Below are positions 17,865 to 26,765 of a stretch of 64,000 nucleotides of DNA, piece by piece (the stretch's first letter is position 1; every line of letters starts with the position of its first letter). The DNA is from Candidatus Omnitrophota bacterium (GTDB taxonomy: Bacteria; Omnitrophota; Gorgyraeia; Gygaellales; UBA12090). The notes below the pieces were generated by a model, which made no database searches, was not told the DNA's origin, and was given only the letters and a program-made list of their open reading frames with translations. The position numbers and the translations under genes are program-made. The stretch covers positions 74,682 to 138,681 of the forward strand of contig JAUSCZ010000035.1 in the NCBI GenBank assembly GCA_030674475.1, given 5' to 3'.

Positions 17865-18954
17865 TAAGATTATTTACGGTAACACTATAGCCGACCCTGA
17901 CCAATAAGGCCTGAGCGCATTTTGGGCAAAAGGTGGTCTCGCCCTGATGTCCGGGGACATTCCCGATATAGGCGTATTTAAGGCCGGCCTTCTTAGCCAA
18001 GCTTTGAGCTTTCTCTAAAGTTGCCACTGGGGTCGGGGCTAAATTCGCCAGCTTATACATCGGCCAAAAGCGGGAAAAATGTATTGGCGTGTCCGGACCC
18101 AAGTTATCCCTTATCCATACGCACATCTCCTCCATCTCTTCTGAAGAATCATTTAACCCGGGTAAAACCAGATTAGTCAGTTCTAAGTGCACCTTTTCTT
18201 CTTTGATTATCTTTAAGGTTTGGAGGATATTCTCTAAATTTCCAAAACAAATATCTTCATAGTATTTCTGGCGGAAGGCCTTTAAGTCAATGTTAGCCGC
18301 GTCCAAATGTTTACAGAGATTGCGCAGGGGCTCTTCATTGATGAAGCCGGCGGAATGCATTATATTCTTAAGGCCGCTTGAGCGGGCCAAGGCCGCGGTA
18401 TCCAGCATATACTCATAAAAAATAGTCGGCTCGGTATAGGTATAGGCGACAGTCTGGGAGCCGGACTCTTTGGCCTGTTTAACTATATCTTGCGAACTAA
18501 GAAAAACCGGCTGAACATCCTCGGGCTTGCTTTGAGAAATCTCCCAGTTCTGGCAGAATTTGCACCTTAAATTACATCCGGCGGTGGCGATGGAAAATGC
18601 GGATGTCGCGGGAAGAAAATGAAAAAGCGGCTTTTTCTCTATCGGGTCAATATGCACTGCCGCCGCCTGAGAATGCACCAGGGTATATAAAACCCCCTGA
18701 TTATTTTCCCTCACCCCGCAAAAGCCTCTCTGCTTCTCAGTTATCAGGCATTTACGCGGACAAAGCTGACATTGCAGAGACTTTTCGTCTATGGGCTTCC
18801 AATATAAAGCCTTACTTTTATCTAAAGAGGCCCAAGCCGATTGAATCTTATCCGCGCCCAAACCCAAAAGGCCCATTCCCCCGCTTATCACAACCACCTG
18901 TTTTAAAAAATCTTTTCTGGTCATCATAATCGTTTTGGGGTCAGACCTCAACAA
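17812..18954 (-). CDS. AmmeMemoRadiSam system radical SAM enzyme with Tat-like N-terminal signal peptide
   Basis: CPRKC...C and CNLRCKFCQNWEIS clusters. The N-terminus MMTRKDFLKQVVVISGGMGLLGLGA...AWA resembles a twin-arginine signal (RK variant). Confidence 0.7.
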   Translation of the reverse strand: MLRSDPKTIMMTRKDFLKQVVVISGGMGLLGLGADKIQSAWASLDKSKALYWKPIDEKSLQCQLCPRKCLITEKQRGFCGVRENNQGVLYTLVHSQAAAVHIDPIEKKPLFHFLPATSAFSIATAGCNLRCKFCQNWEISQSKPEDVQPVFLSSQDIVKQAKESGSQTVAYTYTEPTIFYEYMLDTAALARSSGLKNIMHSAGFINEEPLRNLCKHLDAANIDLKAFRQKYYEDICFGNLENILQTLKIIKEEKVHLELTNLVLPGLNDSSEEMEEMCVWIRDNLGPDTPIHFSRFWPMYKLANLAPTPVATLEKAQSLAKKAGLKYAYIGNVPGHQGETTFCPKCAQALLVRVGYSVTVNNLIDGHCKFCQETIAGIWA

Positions 18955-19005
18955 TAGAAACTAACTTCTAAGGTTGAGGTCTACTAACTTCTAAGGTTGA
19001 GGTCT
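18935..19005. terminator. 16-bp inverted repeat GGGGTCAGACCTCAAC ... GTTGAGGTCTGACCCC enclosing a 20-nt direct duplication
   Basis: Read from the sequence; lies downstream of the pilin gene at 19040-19495. Confidence 0.6.
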
Positions 19006-19039
19006 GACCCCTAATTTTCCTAATTTTCTAATTTTCTTT

Positions 19040-19495
19040 TTACCAGGAATAATCCGCGATTGTTTCTCCGTCGGTAATGTTTATAGAAATAACACCGGGA
19101 TCTGTTCCGCCTTTTTTATGTTTCCCACGTAAGCGCGCCGCGGTGGCAGTTGCTCTGGCAGCTAGCCCCGTGCCGCTGACTCCGGTTACCGCATATTCCC
19201 AGTCAGCGTTATTATAAATATCCACATTCAAAGTTGACCTTGCGGTATTACCGTTATTGTCTGACCCAAAAGTGGCAGAAGTATAGTTATTATTATCAAT
19301 CTTGTACATCTGCTCAGCACTGCGGATAGTTCCCAGAGCAGTCTTGGCTTCTTTTTTGTGCATTTCGTCAACTGTTTTATTGTAAAGAGGCATGGCAATA
19401 GCTGTTACTATGGCTACAATTATCAGGGTAACCATAATCTCCATTATGGTAAAGCCGACCACGGATATACTGTTAAGGGTTCTTGGTTTATTCAT
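19040..19495 (-). CDS. type IV pilin / pseudopilin (prepilin-type N-terminal methylation domain)
   Basis: GFTIMEIMVTLIIVAIV N-terminal hydrophobic helix following a short leader. Confidence 0.75.
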   Translation of the reverse strand: MNKPRTLNSISVVGFTIMEIMVTLIIVAIVTAIAMPLYNKTVDEMHKKEAKTALGTIRSAEQMYKIDNNNYTSATFGSDNNGNTARSTLNVDIYNNADWEYAVTGVSGTGLAARATATAARLRGKHKKGGTDPGVISINITDGETIADYSW

Positions 19496-19728
19496 TGCGG
19501 GTAATATTTAAAAGAGGAGATTAAATCAAGCGGATTTAGCAGTAATTTTACCTGGGAAAGATAACTAATGCGCCGTAAAATTAGTTTTTAGTGGTAAAAC
19601 TGTCGTTTTGAACAATAGAACAATCAGAACATTAGACCGCAATTGAGTTTTTGTTTGTCTATTGTTCTATTGTCTATTGCTCAATTGCTCTGCGCGCTGT
19701 CATATTAAAAATTAATTGGACAGCGCGC

Positions 19729-19804
19729 TGGTGGACCCGAGCGGGATCGAACCGCTGACCTCTACAATGCGAATGTAGCGTTCTCCCAGCTGAACTACGG
19801 GCCC
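19729..19804 (-). tRNA. tRNA-Ala (anticodon CGC), CCA encoded
   Basis: Hand-folded cloverleaf: acceptor GGGCCCG/CGGGTCC with the G3-U70 Ala identity pair, anticodon stem CTACA/TGTAG with loop TTCGCAT, and a TTCGATC T-loop. Confidence 0.85.
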
Positions 19805-19839
19805 GCGGGAAAAAAGTCTAAGAATAGAATTTAAGGCGG

Positions 19840-20253
19840 CTAAGGACAACTCACCGCAGAACAACTTGCACAACCAGCGCCAGTCTTACTGGTCGTGCCG
19901 TTCTCATACATGTTTATAGTATAGTTGGTAGTGCCACAGGGATTTTTTTCCGAATTTCTTAGCGCCCGAGCTACAACAGTATTCGCAGACTCATCAACTA
20001 CCGTATAGGTAAAATAGGTGCCATTGGTAGTATTGTCAATATCTAAATTATCAAAACTATTAGTATAATTCCCGTTTTCTAAATAATAGCGCGTCTGGGC
20101 GCCGCGGATAGCGGCTAAGTTGGTTAGGGCTTCGCTCTGGCGGGAGCGCTCCACGGTTTTGGTATACTGGGGTATGGCCAGGGCGGACAGGATGCCAATG
20201 ATCACCACCACTACCACCAGTTCGATTATATTAAAGCCGGAATTTTTATTCAT
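19840..20253 (-). CDS. type IV pilin / pseudopilin
   Basis: GFNIIELVVVVVIIGILSALAIPQY prepilin N-terminus. Confidence 0.75.
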   Translation of the reverse strand: MNKNSGFNIIELVVVVVIIGILSALAIPQYTKTVERSRQSEALTNLAAIRGAQTRYYLENGNYTNSFDNLDIDNTTNGTYFTYTVVDESANTVVARALRNSEKNPCGTTNYTINMYENGTTSKTGAGCASCSAVSCP

Positions 20254-20257
20254 TTTT

Positions 20258-20327
20258 ACCCCTCCCCGCCTCCCCTTGCTAAGGGGAGGATTTCTTGTCG
20301 TAGGGGCGGGTTCGAACCCGCCCCTAC
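20258..20327. repeat. composite intergenic element: SD-sequestering hairpin module (CCCCTCCCCGCCTCCCCTTGCTAAGGGGAGGATTTCTT) plus REP palindrome GTAGGGGCGGGTTCGAACCCGCCCCTAC
   Basis: Fills the whole 76-nt intergenic gap and ends 4 nt from the pilin ATG. Copies occur at 37752-37821, 38456-38495 and 59380-59424, with related arms at 26623-26760. Confidence 0.8.
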
Positions 20328-20329
20328 TA

Positions 20330-20725
20330 TTAGAATCCCATTCTTTTAATCACCTCGGTCTGCGCGGAATCAAACTGGCCGGACTTATTCCGGGTGGCGA
20401 TCAATTCACAATTGCCGTCATCAATTAACCTTATCCGGTAACTCCAGCCGGAGTTAGAGCTTTTTTTACCCAGGGCATCTTTTAGCCCCGGAGCTTCAGT
20501 AGCCAGCTCGTCAATTGTAGAGGCGTATTTGCCGTATATGCCGCGATACATTGTCTGAATCTGCCCTAAGTAAGACAAGTTGGACTCAACCTTGGTCAGC
20601 GCGGTTTTATCCATCAGCTTAAAGTAATGTGGCATAGCCAAAAACCACAAGATCACAATGAGCACCGCCAGGACCGTTAGTTGTAACGACCTCTGACCTT
20701 TATCCTGAGAGCTGTCTTCGGGCAT
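20330..20725 (-). CDS. hypothetical small membrane protein, degenerate pilin-like
   Basis: Single TM segment (LTVLAVLIVILWFLAMP) followed by a small beta-rich domain, located within the pilin operon. Confidence 0.4.
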   Translation of the reverse strand: MPEDSSQDKGQRSLQLTVLAVLIVILWFLAMPHYFKLMDKTALTKVESNLSYLGQIQTMYRGIYGKYASTIDELATEAPGLKDALGKKSSNSGWSYRIRLIDDGNCELIATRNKSGQFDSAQTEVIKRMGF

Positions 20726-20753
20726 AAAAGTTTAGTTAAGCACTATCAAATGG

Positions 20754-21149
20754 TTACCACGGAATAGCAGTACTATTATAAGTTAAGTTTCCATCATTCG
20801 TGATATTCATATACTCACCGGCGTAAACCCCTTTTAACCTCTTAGCTGCTGCGGTGAATGTCTCGTTATTATTACCCATACTACCTATAGTATAGTTCCA
20901 CTCAGGCGAAGTACTTAGTCTTAATATTTCCGGAACCTCCACAGCTAACGCTGTCGTATTATCAGTATACCTTGACTCCAAAGTAAAATATGTTGCCTCA
21001 GCCTTGCGAATCATATTCAAGGCATTTTTGGCTGTAGAACCATGGCCTCTTTCCATAAACCTGGTATATTGGGGCAAGGCCAGGGCGGCCATAATGGCGA
21101 TAATGATAACCACGGTAATTAACTCAATCAAAGTAAAACCTTTCTTCAT
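20754..21149 (-). CDS. type IV pilin / pseudopilin
   Basis: MKKGFTLIELITVVIIIAIMAALALPQY, a canonical prepilin N-terminus. Confidence 0.8.
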   Translation of the reverse strand: MKKGFTLIELITVVIIIAIMAALALPQYTRFMERGHGSTAKNALNMIRKAEATYFTLESRYTDNTTALAVEVPEILRLSTSPEWNYTIGSMGNNNETFTAAAKRLKGVYAGEYMNITNDGNLTYNSTAIPW

Positions 21150-21238
21150 TTTATCCTCCTTAATTTGTAGGGACAGAACAATGTTCTGTCCCTACCTTAG
21201 CCTTGGCCTTAACCTTCGCAATTATTTACTATTACTAA

Positions 21239-22477
21239 TCAATTAGAACCGATGGTGGCTAATTTGAATATCGGCAAAAACATTGATACTACCATTGAAC
21301 CTATGGTGGCGCCCATCACCACTATCATAATCGGCTCAAACATCGAGGCGAAACGGGTAATCTGAGTCTCCATAATCTCGGCGTAATAAGTGGCGATTTT
21401 CTTGAACATCTTATCCAAGTCGCCCACCTCCTCACCGATGTTGATCATCTGGGTAACCATGGGCGGGAAAAACGCGCTTTCATCCAGCGGCTGGGTCAGG
21501 GTCCTCCCCTCGCGCACCGCGTTCTTTACGCTACGGATAATCTTAGCTACAATCACCGTGCCGGCGGACTTCTCGGCGATTTCCAGGGCATAGAGTATGG
21601 GCACCCCGGACTCTAAGAGGGTGGCCATAGTAGAGGAAAATCTCTCGGTCTCGGCCAGGCGCAGATATTCCTTAATCACCGGAAATTTAAACATCAAATT
21701 ATCAAAGAACGCCTTACCGTTGGTAGTCTGGCGGAATTTTATTATCGCGATAATTATACCAACTATCAAGACCGAAAGCAACAAAAAATTACCCCGCAAA
21801 AAGTCACTGGTGGCAATCAACAGTTTGGTGGGCACGGGAAGCTCAATGTCAAAATTAGAGAAAATCTCGGTGAACTTGGGGATTACCGCCAGGATAAAAA
21901 TTACTACCGCTCCCGCCGCTACGGCAACTAAAATTATAGGATAGACCATGGCCGAGACAATCTTCCTCTGAAAGGCGGCCCGCCTTTCCAAATAACCGGC
22001 CAGCCTCTCTAATATTGTCGGCAGGTTACCGGAAGCCTCCCCGGTTTCAATAAGATTAATCCAAAGGTTAGAAAAAACCCGGGAATGTTTGGCCAGGGAA
22101 TCGCGGAAACTGAAACCCGACTCCACGTCATAGCTTATTTTGGTTACTACATCATGGAATTTCCGGGAGGGTATCTGGCGCAGGATTGAACCTAAGCTCT
22201 TTAGAAGCGGCACCCCTGAATCTAAGGATATGGCCAGCTGGCGGGCAAAAACCGTGAGATCGTCGGCCTTTATCCCGCTGTGGGAGAATTTATGGCCTTT
22301 GGCTTTTTGCGGGGTATGCTTGGCGCTTTTGGCCGGGACATCAGCCTGAACCTTAATGCCCGTAACAAATAACCCCCGCAACTGCAGCCGGGCAATCAGG
22401 TCGTCGGCGGTATCCGCTTCTTCGCTGGCCGCTATACGTTCGCCGCTGGCGTTCCGGGCGGCATAGATAAATCGCAT
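21239..22477 (-). CDS. pilC: type IV pilus / T2SS inner-membrane platform protein (PilC/GspF family)
   Basis: ~410 aa with two GspF-like repeats and three TM segments. Confidence 0.8.
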   Translation of the reverse strand: MRFIYAARNASGERIAASEEADTADDLIARLQLRGLFVTGIKVQADVPAKSAKHTPQKAKGHKFSHSGIKADDLTVFARQLAISLDSGVPLLKSLGSILRQIPSRKFHDVVTKISYDVESGFSFRDSLAKHSRVFSNLWINLIETGEASGNLPTILERLAGYLERRAAFQRKIVSAMVYPIILVAVAAGAVVIFILAVIPKFTEIFSNFDIELPVPTKLLIATSDFLRGNFLLLSVLIVGIIIAIIKFRQTTNGKAFFDNLMFKFPVIKEYLRLAETERFSSTMATLLESGVPILYALEIAEKSAGTVIVAKIIRSVKNAVREGRTLTQPLDESAFFPPMVTQMINIGEEVGDLDKMFKKIATYYAEIMETQITRFASMFEPIMIVVMGATIGSMVVSMFLPIFKLATIGSN

Positions 22478-22481
22478 ACTT

Positions 22482-24200
22482 TTACTCTATTCCTGTAGTT
22501 ACCGATAAAATCTCTTCCAGGGAGGTAAGGCCGCTTTCAACTTTTTTTATTCCGCTCTGTAAAATTGTCTCCATCCCCGCGTCAATGGCGGCCTTGCGTA
22601 ATTCTTTGCTGGTAACCCGTTTTCCGATTAATTCCCGGATAGTGCTGTTTATGGTCATCACCTCGGCAACCAACATTCTACCCCGGTAGCCGATCTGATT
22701 ACAACTGGCGCAGCCTTTAGGCCGGTAAATCAGCTCCGCCTGAAGATTGAAATTACTGATATGCTCTTTGGTTGGCTCATAAGCCTCCTTGCAATCCGGA
22801 CAAAGTTTACGCACTAAGCGCTGAGCAACTACCACCAGAAGCGAAGGCATCAAAAGATACGATTCTATGCCTATATCCATAAGCCGGGTAATCGCTGAAG
22901 GCGCGTCGTTGGTATGTAAGGTAGAGAGCACTAGATGGCCGGTAAGCGCGGAACGAATGCAGATATCAGCTGTTTCCATATCCCGGACCTCGCCCACCAG
23001 CATTATATCCGGATCCTGCCTTAAAAATGAGCGTAGGGCGGCGGCAAAGGTAAGGCCTATTTCCGCTTTTACCTGCACCTGGTTAATCCCGTCTAAACGG
23101 TATTCCACCGGATCCTCGACAGTAATAATATTTTTAGTAGGGTCCTTAATCTCATTCAGGGCCGCGTATAAAGTAGTAGTCTTTCCGCTTCCGGTGGGCC
23201 CGGTAAGAAATACCAGGCCGTAGGGGGAATTAATTCCCTTACGGAAGGCCTCTAACTGCTTAGACTCAAAGCCCATGCCCGGAAGGTCAACATCCACCCG
23301 GGAACGGTCAAGTATCCTCATAACCACCTTCTCGCCGTAAATAAGCGGGATAATGGAGACGCGCAGATCTATTGACCGATCCCCCATGTTAACCCGGAAG
23401 GCCCCATCCTGAGGAAGGCGCTTTTCGGCTATATCCAACTTGGATAAAATCTTGATCCGGGAAATGATAGCCACGTGCAAGTGCCTGGCCGGAGGAGGAA
23501 TATCATAAAGCTTTCCGTCAATACGGTAGCGCAGGCGAATCTTATCCCGGTAAGGCTCGATATGAATATCCGACGCCCTTTCGTCTATGGACTGGCGGAT
23601 AATCAAATCTACCAGCTTTACCACCGGCGCGTCCTCGGCACTGGCAATCAGCCGGTCAATGCTCAGCATTGAATCAGGGCCGGCGGCGCTGGAATCCGCC
23701 CCCATATCATCTAAAGAATAAGAGTGTTTGACCGCCTCTTGAAGCAGATTAGACTTTCCATAGAAATAATCCGCCACCTGCAGGATGTCGGTCCTGGTGG
23801 CGATAACCGGATTAATATCACAGCCGGTCATCTTCTTAAGGTTATCCATCAGGGTCAGGTCCAGAGGGTCGGACAGGGCGCAGGTAAGGGAATTTAAATT
23901 TCGGGAAAGGGGCAGGACGATATTCTTCAAAGCAAAATCCATTGGGATAAGTTTATCTAATTCCTGGTCAAGCGCCGGCTTAAGCAGATTGGACTTTAAG
24001 GAGGCGTAAGGTATATTTAACTGCTTGGCCAACAGGCTGACAATATCCGCCTCACTGACCATGCCCAGCCTGGCCAGCACCTCGCCGAGGCGGCCACCTT
24101 CTTTTTTCTGGACCAGCATAGCCTGCTCCAGCTGATCCACGGTAATCAGACGCTCTTTTAAAAGCATCTCGCCAAGTTTAAGATAAATTGAATAAGACAT
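22482..24200 (-). CDS. pilB: type IV pilus / T2SS assembly ATPase (PilB/GspE family)
   Basis: GspII_E N-terminal domain, Walker A GPTGSGKTTTL, and a tetracysteine CPDC...CASC motif. Confidence 0.85.
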   Translation of the reverse strand: MSYSIYLKLGEMLLKERLITVDQLEQAMLVQKKEGGRLGEVLARLGMVSEADIVSLLAKQLNIPYASLKSNLLKPALDQELDKLIPMDFALKNIVLPLSRNLNSLTCALSDPLDLTLMDNLKKMTGCDINPVIATRTDILQVADYFYGKSNLLQEAVKHSYSLDDMGADSSAAGPDSMLSIDRLIASAEDAPVVKLVDLIIRQSIDERASDIHIEPYRDKIRLRYRIDGKLYDIPPPARHLHVAIISRIKILSKLDIAEKRLPQDGAFRVNMGDRSIDLRVSIIPLIYGEKVVMRILDRSRVDVDLPGMGFESKQLEAFRKGINSPYGLVFLTGPTGSGKTTTLYAALNEIKDPTKNIITVEDPVEYRLDGINQVQVKAEIGLTFAAALRSFLRQDPDIMLVGEVRDMETADICIRSALTGHLVLSTLHTNDAPSAITRLMDIGIESYLLMPSLLVVVAQRLVRKLCPDCKEAYEPTKEHISNFNLQAELIYRPKGCASCNQIGYRGRMLVAEVMTINSTIRELIGKRVTSKELRKAAIDAGMETILQSGIKKVESGLTSLEEILSVTTGIE

Positions 24201-25666
24201 TATTTTTTGACTTCATAGCCGCGCAAAACCTGGGATACTATTTCCTTGCGTTTAATATCCACAAAAGGGTCCTGCTCGCGTTCACCGATTATCTTTGGGA
24301 TAACACTTTTTTTAACCGCGACCTCGCCAGTGGAAGGCTGCGGTTGATTTCTCATAATCCGCGGAGTAATAAAAACCAGGATCTCCCGGTCTTTGCGCGG
24401 CCCGTCTTCTTTATGGCGGAAAAACATCCCTAAAATCGGTATCTCACTAAAAAAAGGAACATTGGTCCCGGTAAAGGTAGACTTCTTACGGATCAGTCCG
24501 CCGAGAATCACTGTCTGGCCGTCCTTAATCCTGATGGTAGACTTAAAACTGCGTTCTTCAACGTCCTTGGTAGTTTGAGTGCCGATAGTTAAACCGGTTA
24601 CCGCCTCTTTTACCGTAGGCTCCAGGGTCATAGTTATCTCGCCGGTGGCCATACTTATCTGAGGGGTAACCTTCAGGCTTACTCCGGTTTGTGCCCTTTC
24701 TGCCGCAACTGTAGTAGTAGCCGCCGTGCTCCCGGTAGCGGCAGTAATACTCTGAGAACCGATTGCCTCATTAGCGCTCAGCTTCAACTCCGCGGTCTCG
24801 TTATTCAACACGAATATCTTGGGCCGGGCCAGGAATTTTGTGCTGCTGCGGGTCTGCAGGAAATCCAGGGCCACGGTTAAACTACTCATATTCCAGGCGG
24901 CCCGGGTAGAACCGGTATCACCAAGCAAACCACTAGCCAGGGTAGCCCCGGAAAAAGGATATATCGCGCCGAAATTCGGCCCGGAATACTTCAACCAGTC
25001 GGTCCCGGAGAATTTCAACCCCAATTTATCCACATCCGACTTATCCACATCCAGTATCTCCACTTCAATCATCACCTGAGGAACCGAAACATCCAGATTA
25101 GCAATCACTTTCTCAATCACCGGGAATTTGCTGGGCATATCAGTAATAATGATACTGTTAGTAGCCGGGTCCTCAATAATCTTACCCTTGGTGCTGATTA
25201 CACTGCCTAAGGCATCCCTCATCCCGCCGGAAGCAGTCCCAATCCGGGAATTAGTTACCGCCACATACTTGAGAAAGTAAACCCGGGTATCCACTTCCAA
25301 GCTGGGGCTTCCCCAGTCTTTAACGATAAAAATATTACTTCCCCGGTCTAATTCATAGGTAAGATTATTCACGGCAAATATCTTATCCATGGCCGCCTTA
25401 AGCATCACATTATCCAAAAACAAAGTAATCCTGCGGTCGGCAACCGCCTCCGAGGAAATAAAATTCAGGCCCGACTGCACCGAAAGCATCTTCAGGACAT
25501 CTCTTAAAGAGGCGTCCTTCAAATCCAGGGTAACCCTGACATTCTCCTTATTACCCAAAAGATCTTCCGGACTAGATGCGGCAAGGAGATAACCCTGGCC
25601 GCACTGCAATATTAAGGCCGGAACAATAAAAAAAGTCAGAACTCTCATCCGGATTTTATTTATCAT
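24200..25666 (-). CDS. pilQ: secretin (PilQ/GspD family outer-membrane channel)
   Basis: Signal peptide, then a C-terminal secretin domain (VILGGLIRKKSTF...VPFFSEIPILGMFF). Confidence 0.8.
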   Translation of the reverse strand: MINKIRMRVLTFFIVPALILQCGQGYLLAASSPEDLLGNKENVRVTLDLKDASLRDVLKMLSVQSGLNFISSEAVADRRITLFLDNVMLKAAMDKIFAVNNLTYELDRGSNIFIVKDWGSPSLEVDTRVYFLKYVAVTNSRIGTASGGMRDALGSVISTKGKIIEDPATNSIIITDMPSKFPVIEKVIANLDVSVPQVMIEVEILDVDKSDVDKLGLKFSGTDWLKYSGPNFGAIYPFSGATLASGLLGDTGSTRAAWNMSSLTVALDFLQTRSSTKFLARPKIFVLNNETAELKLSANEAIGSQSITAATGSTAATTTVAAERAQTGVSLKVTPQISMATGEITMTLEPTVKEAVTGLTIGTQTTKDVEERSFKSTIRIKDGQTVILGGLIRKKSTFTGTNVPFFSEIPILGMFFRHKEDGPRKDREILVFITPRIMRNQPQPSTGEVAVKKSVIPKIIGEREQDPFVDIKRKEIVSQVLRGYEVKK

Positions 25667-26078
25667 TTTCTTCCTCCCTTTTAATCACCATCGCCCTGGA
25701 TGGCGCAGGATATGAAAACATCTCTAATTTATAAACCACCTCAATTCCCTCTTTGGTTATGGCGGTAATAGCCGCGTCTTGCACCTTGTCCCCGATTCTA
25801 AAAATCTTACCCCCAATAATCACCTGAGGCACCGGCCCTCCGGCCACCAGCCCCTCCACAAGGATTGCCGGAGGCACAATTTTTTCTTTAACAGAAACGG
25901 CTTCCGGCGGCTTAACCACAGGCGCGGCCCCGGGAAGCTGTTTTTCAAAGGGGTCACGCAGATTAAAGGCGGCATATTCCGTTTTCACGGTTTGGGCTTG
26001 GGCCAGGGATAGAAACCCAAGAATAAACAAATAAATACTCAAACCCGATATGGGCATTCTTGAAGCGCTATGTCTCAT
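25656..26078 (-). CDS. PilP-like pilus assembly lipoprotein (hypothetical)
   Basis: Signal peptide, proline-rich linker and a small beta domain. Located between the secretin and PilO-like genes. Confidence 0.45.
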   Translation of the reverse strand: MRHSASRMPISGLSIYLFILGFLSLAQAQTVKTEYAAFNLRDPFEKQLPGAAPVVKPPEAVSVKEKIVPPAILVEGLVAGGPVPQVIIGGKIFRIGDKVQDAAITAITKEGIEVVYKLEMFSYPAPSRAMVIKREEENDK

Positions 26079-26611
26079 TGCCCCTTAATATAGGTAATAC
26101 CCACCGTCATAGTCAAGGATAGAATATTTGGTTCAGCCGGATTATCGCTATTTTTAAGCGAAATGCTTTCAATCTGCAGTATATCTTTCTGAGACTCTAA
26201 AACGCTTATAAATTTAGCCAGGTTATGATAACTGCCTTTAAGCGCCAGCTCAAACAATGCCGCGCTGGAAAAATCACTATTTTGCTCTTTAGCGGGAGAA
26301 ACAGAGGCCACCTTCACTCCGGCTTTAGACGCGAATTCGTGAAAGGACTGCGCGCTCCAAGCCGGCTCTTTCTTAAGATACGGCCCGGCGTCCTGAGATA
26401 TTTTCTTATCCAACCCGGCCAACTCCTGAGCCAACTGAATCCTTTGCTCTTGGATGGCTATCTCTTCTTTTAAGGCCGCGGTTTTATCTTTTTGGATCTT
26501 ATATATCCGCGAGGCCGCCAGTAAAGCCAAAATTAGAATCACCAAAAAAATAAGCTTATCCTTATTTTTTAATATTGCCTGAAGATTTATATTATTAATT
26601 GAAAAAGCCAT
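26075..26611 (-). CDS. PilO/PilN-like bitopic pilus alignment protein (ORF track extends to 26806 through repeat DNA; start likely at 26611, MAFSINN)
   Basis: TM helix, a coiled-coil (AALKEEIAIQEQRIQLAQELAGL) and a C-terminal alpha/beta domain. The upstream in-frame extension is the repeat element region. Confidence 0.55.
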   Translation of the reverse strand: MAFSINNINLQAILKNKDKLIFLVILILALLAASRIYKIQKDKTAALKEEIAIQEQRIQLAQELAGLDKKISQDAGPYLKKEPAWSAQSFHEFASKAGVKVASVSPAKEQNSDFSSAALFELALKGSYHNLAKFISVLESQKDILQIESISLKNSDNPAEPNILSLTMTVGITYIKGQ

Positions 26612-26622
26612 AGTCTTTACCC

Positions 26623-26760
26623 GTAGGGGCGGGTTCGAACCCGCCCCTACCCCCGATAAGGGGAGGATTTCTTTCCGCCTGCCCCGCCAGCGGCGGTGGC
26701 CTCCCCCTGATAAAGGAAGTTTTCTTATCCCCTCCTTTACAAGGAGGGGTAGGGGAGGTA
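26623..26760. repeat. composite repeat: REP palindrome GTAGGGGCGGGTTCGAACCCGCCCCTAC followed by several CCCC/GGGGAGG-type hairpins
   Basis: Read directly from the sequence. Sits in the intergenic region between the PilM-like stop (26766) and the PilO-like start (26611). Confidence 0.75.
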
Positions 26761-26765
26761 TTTTT

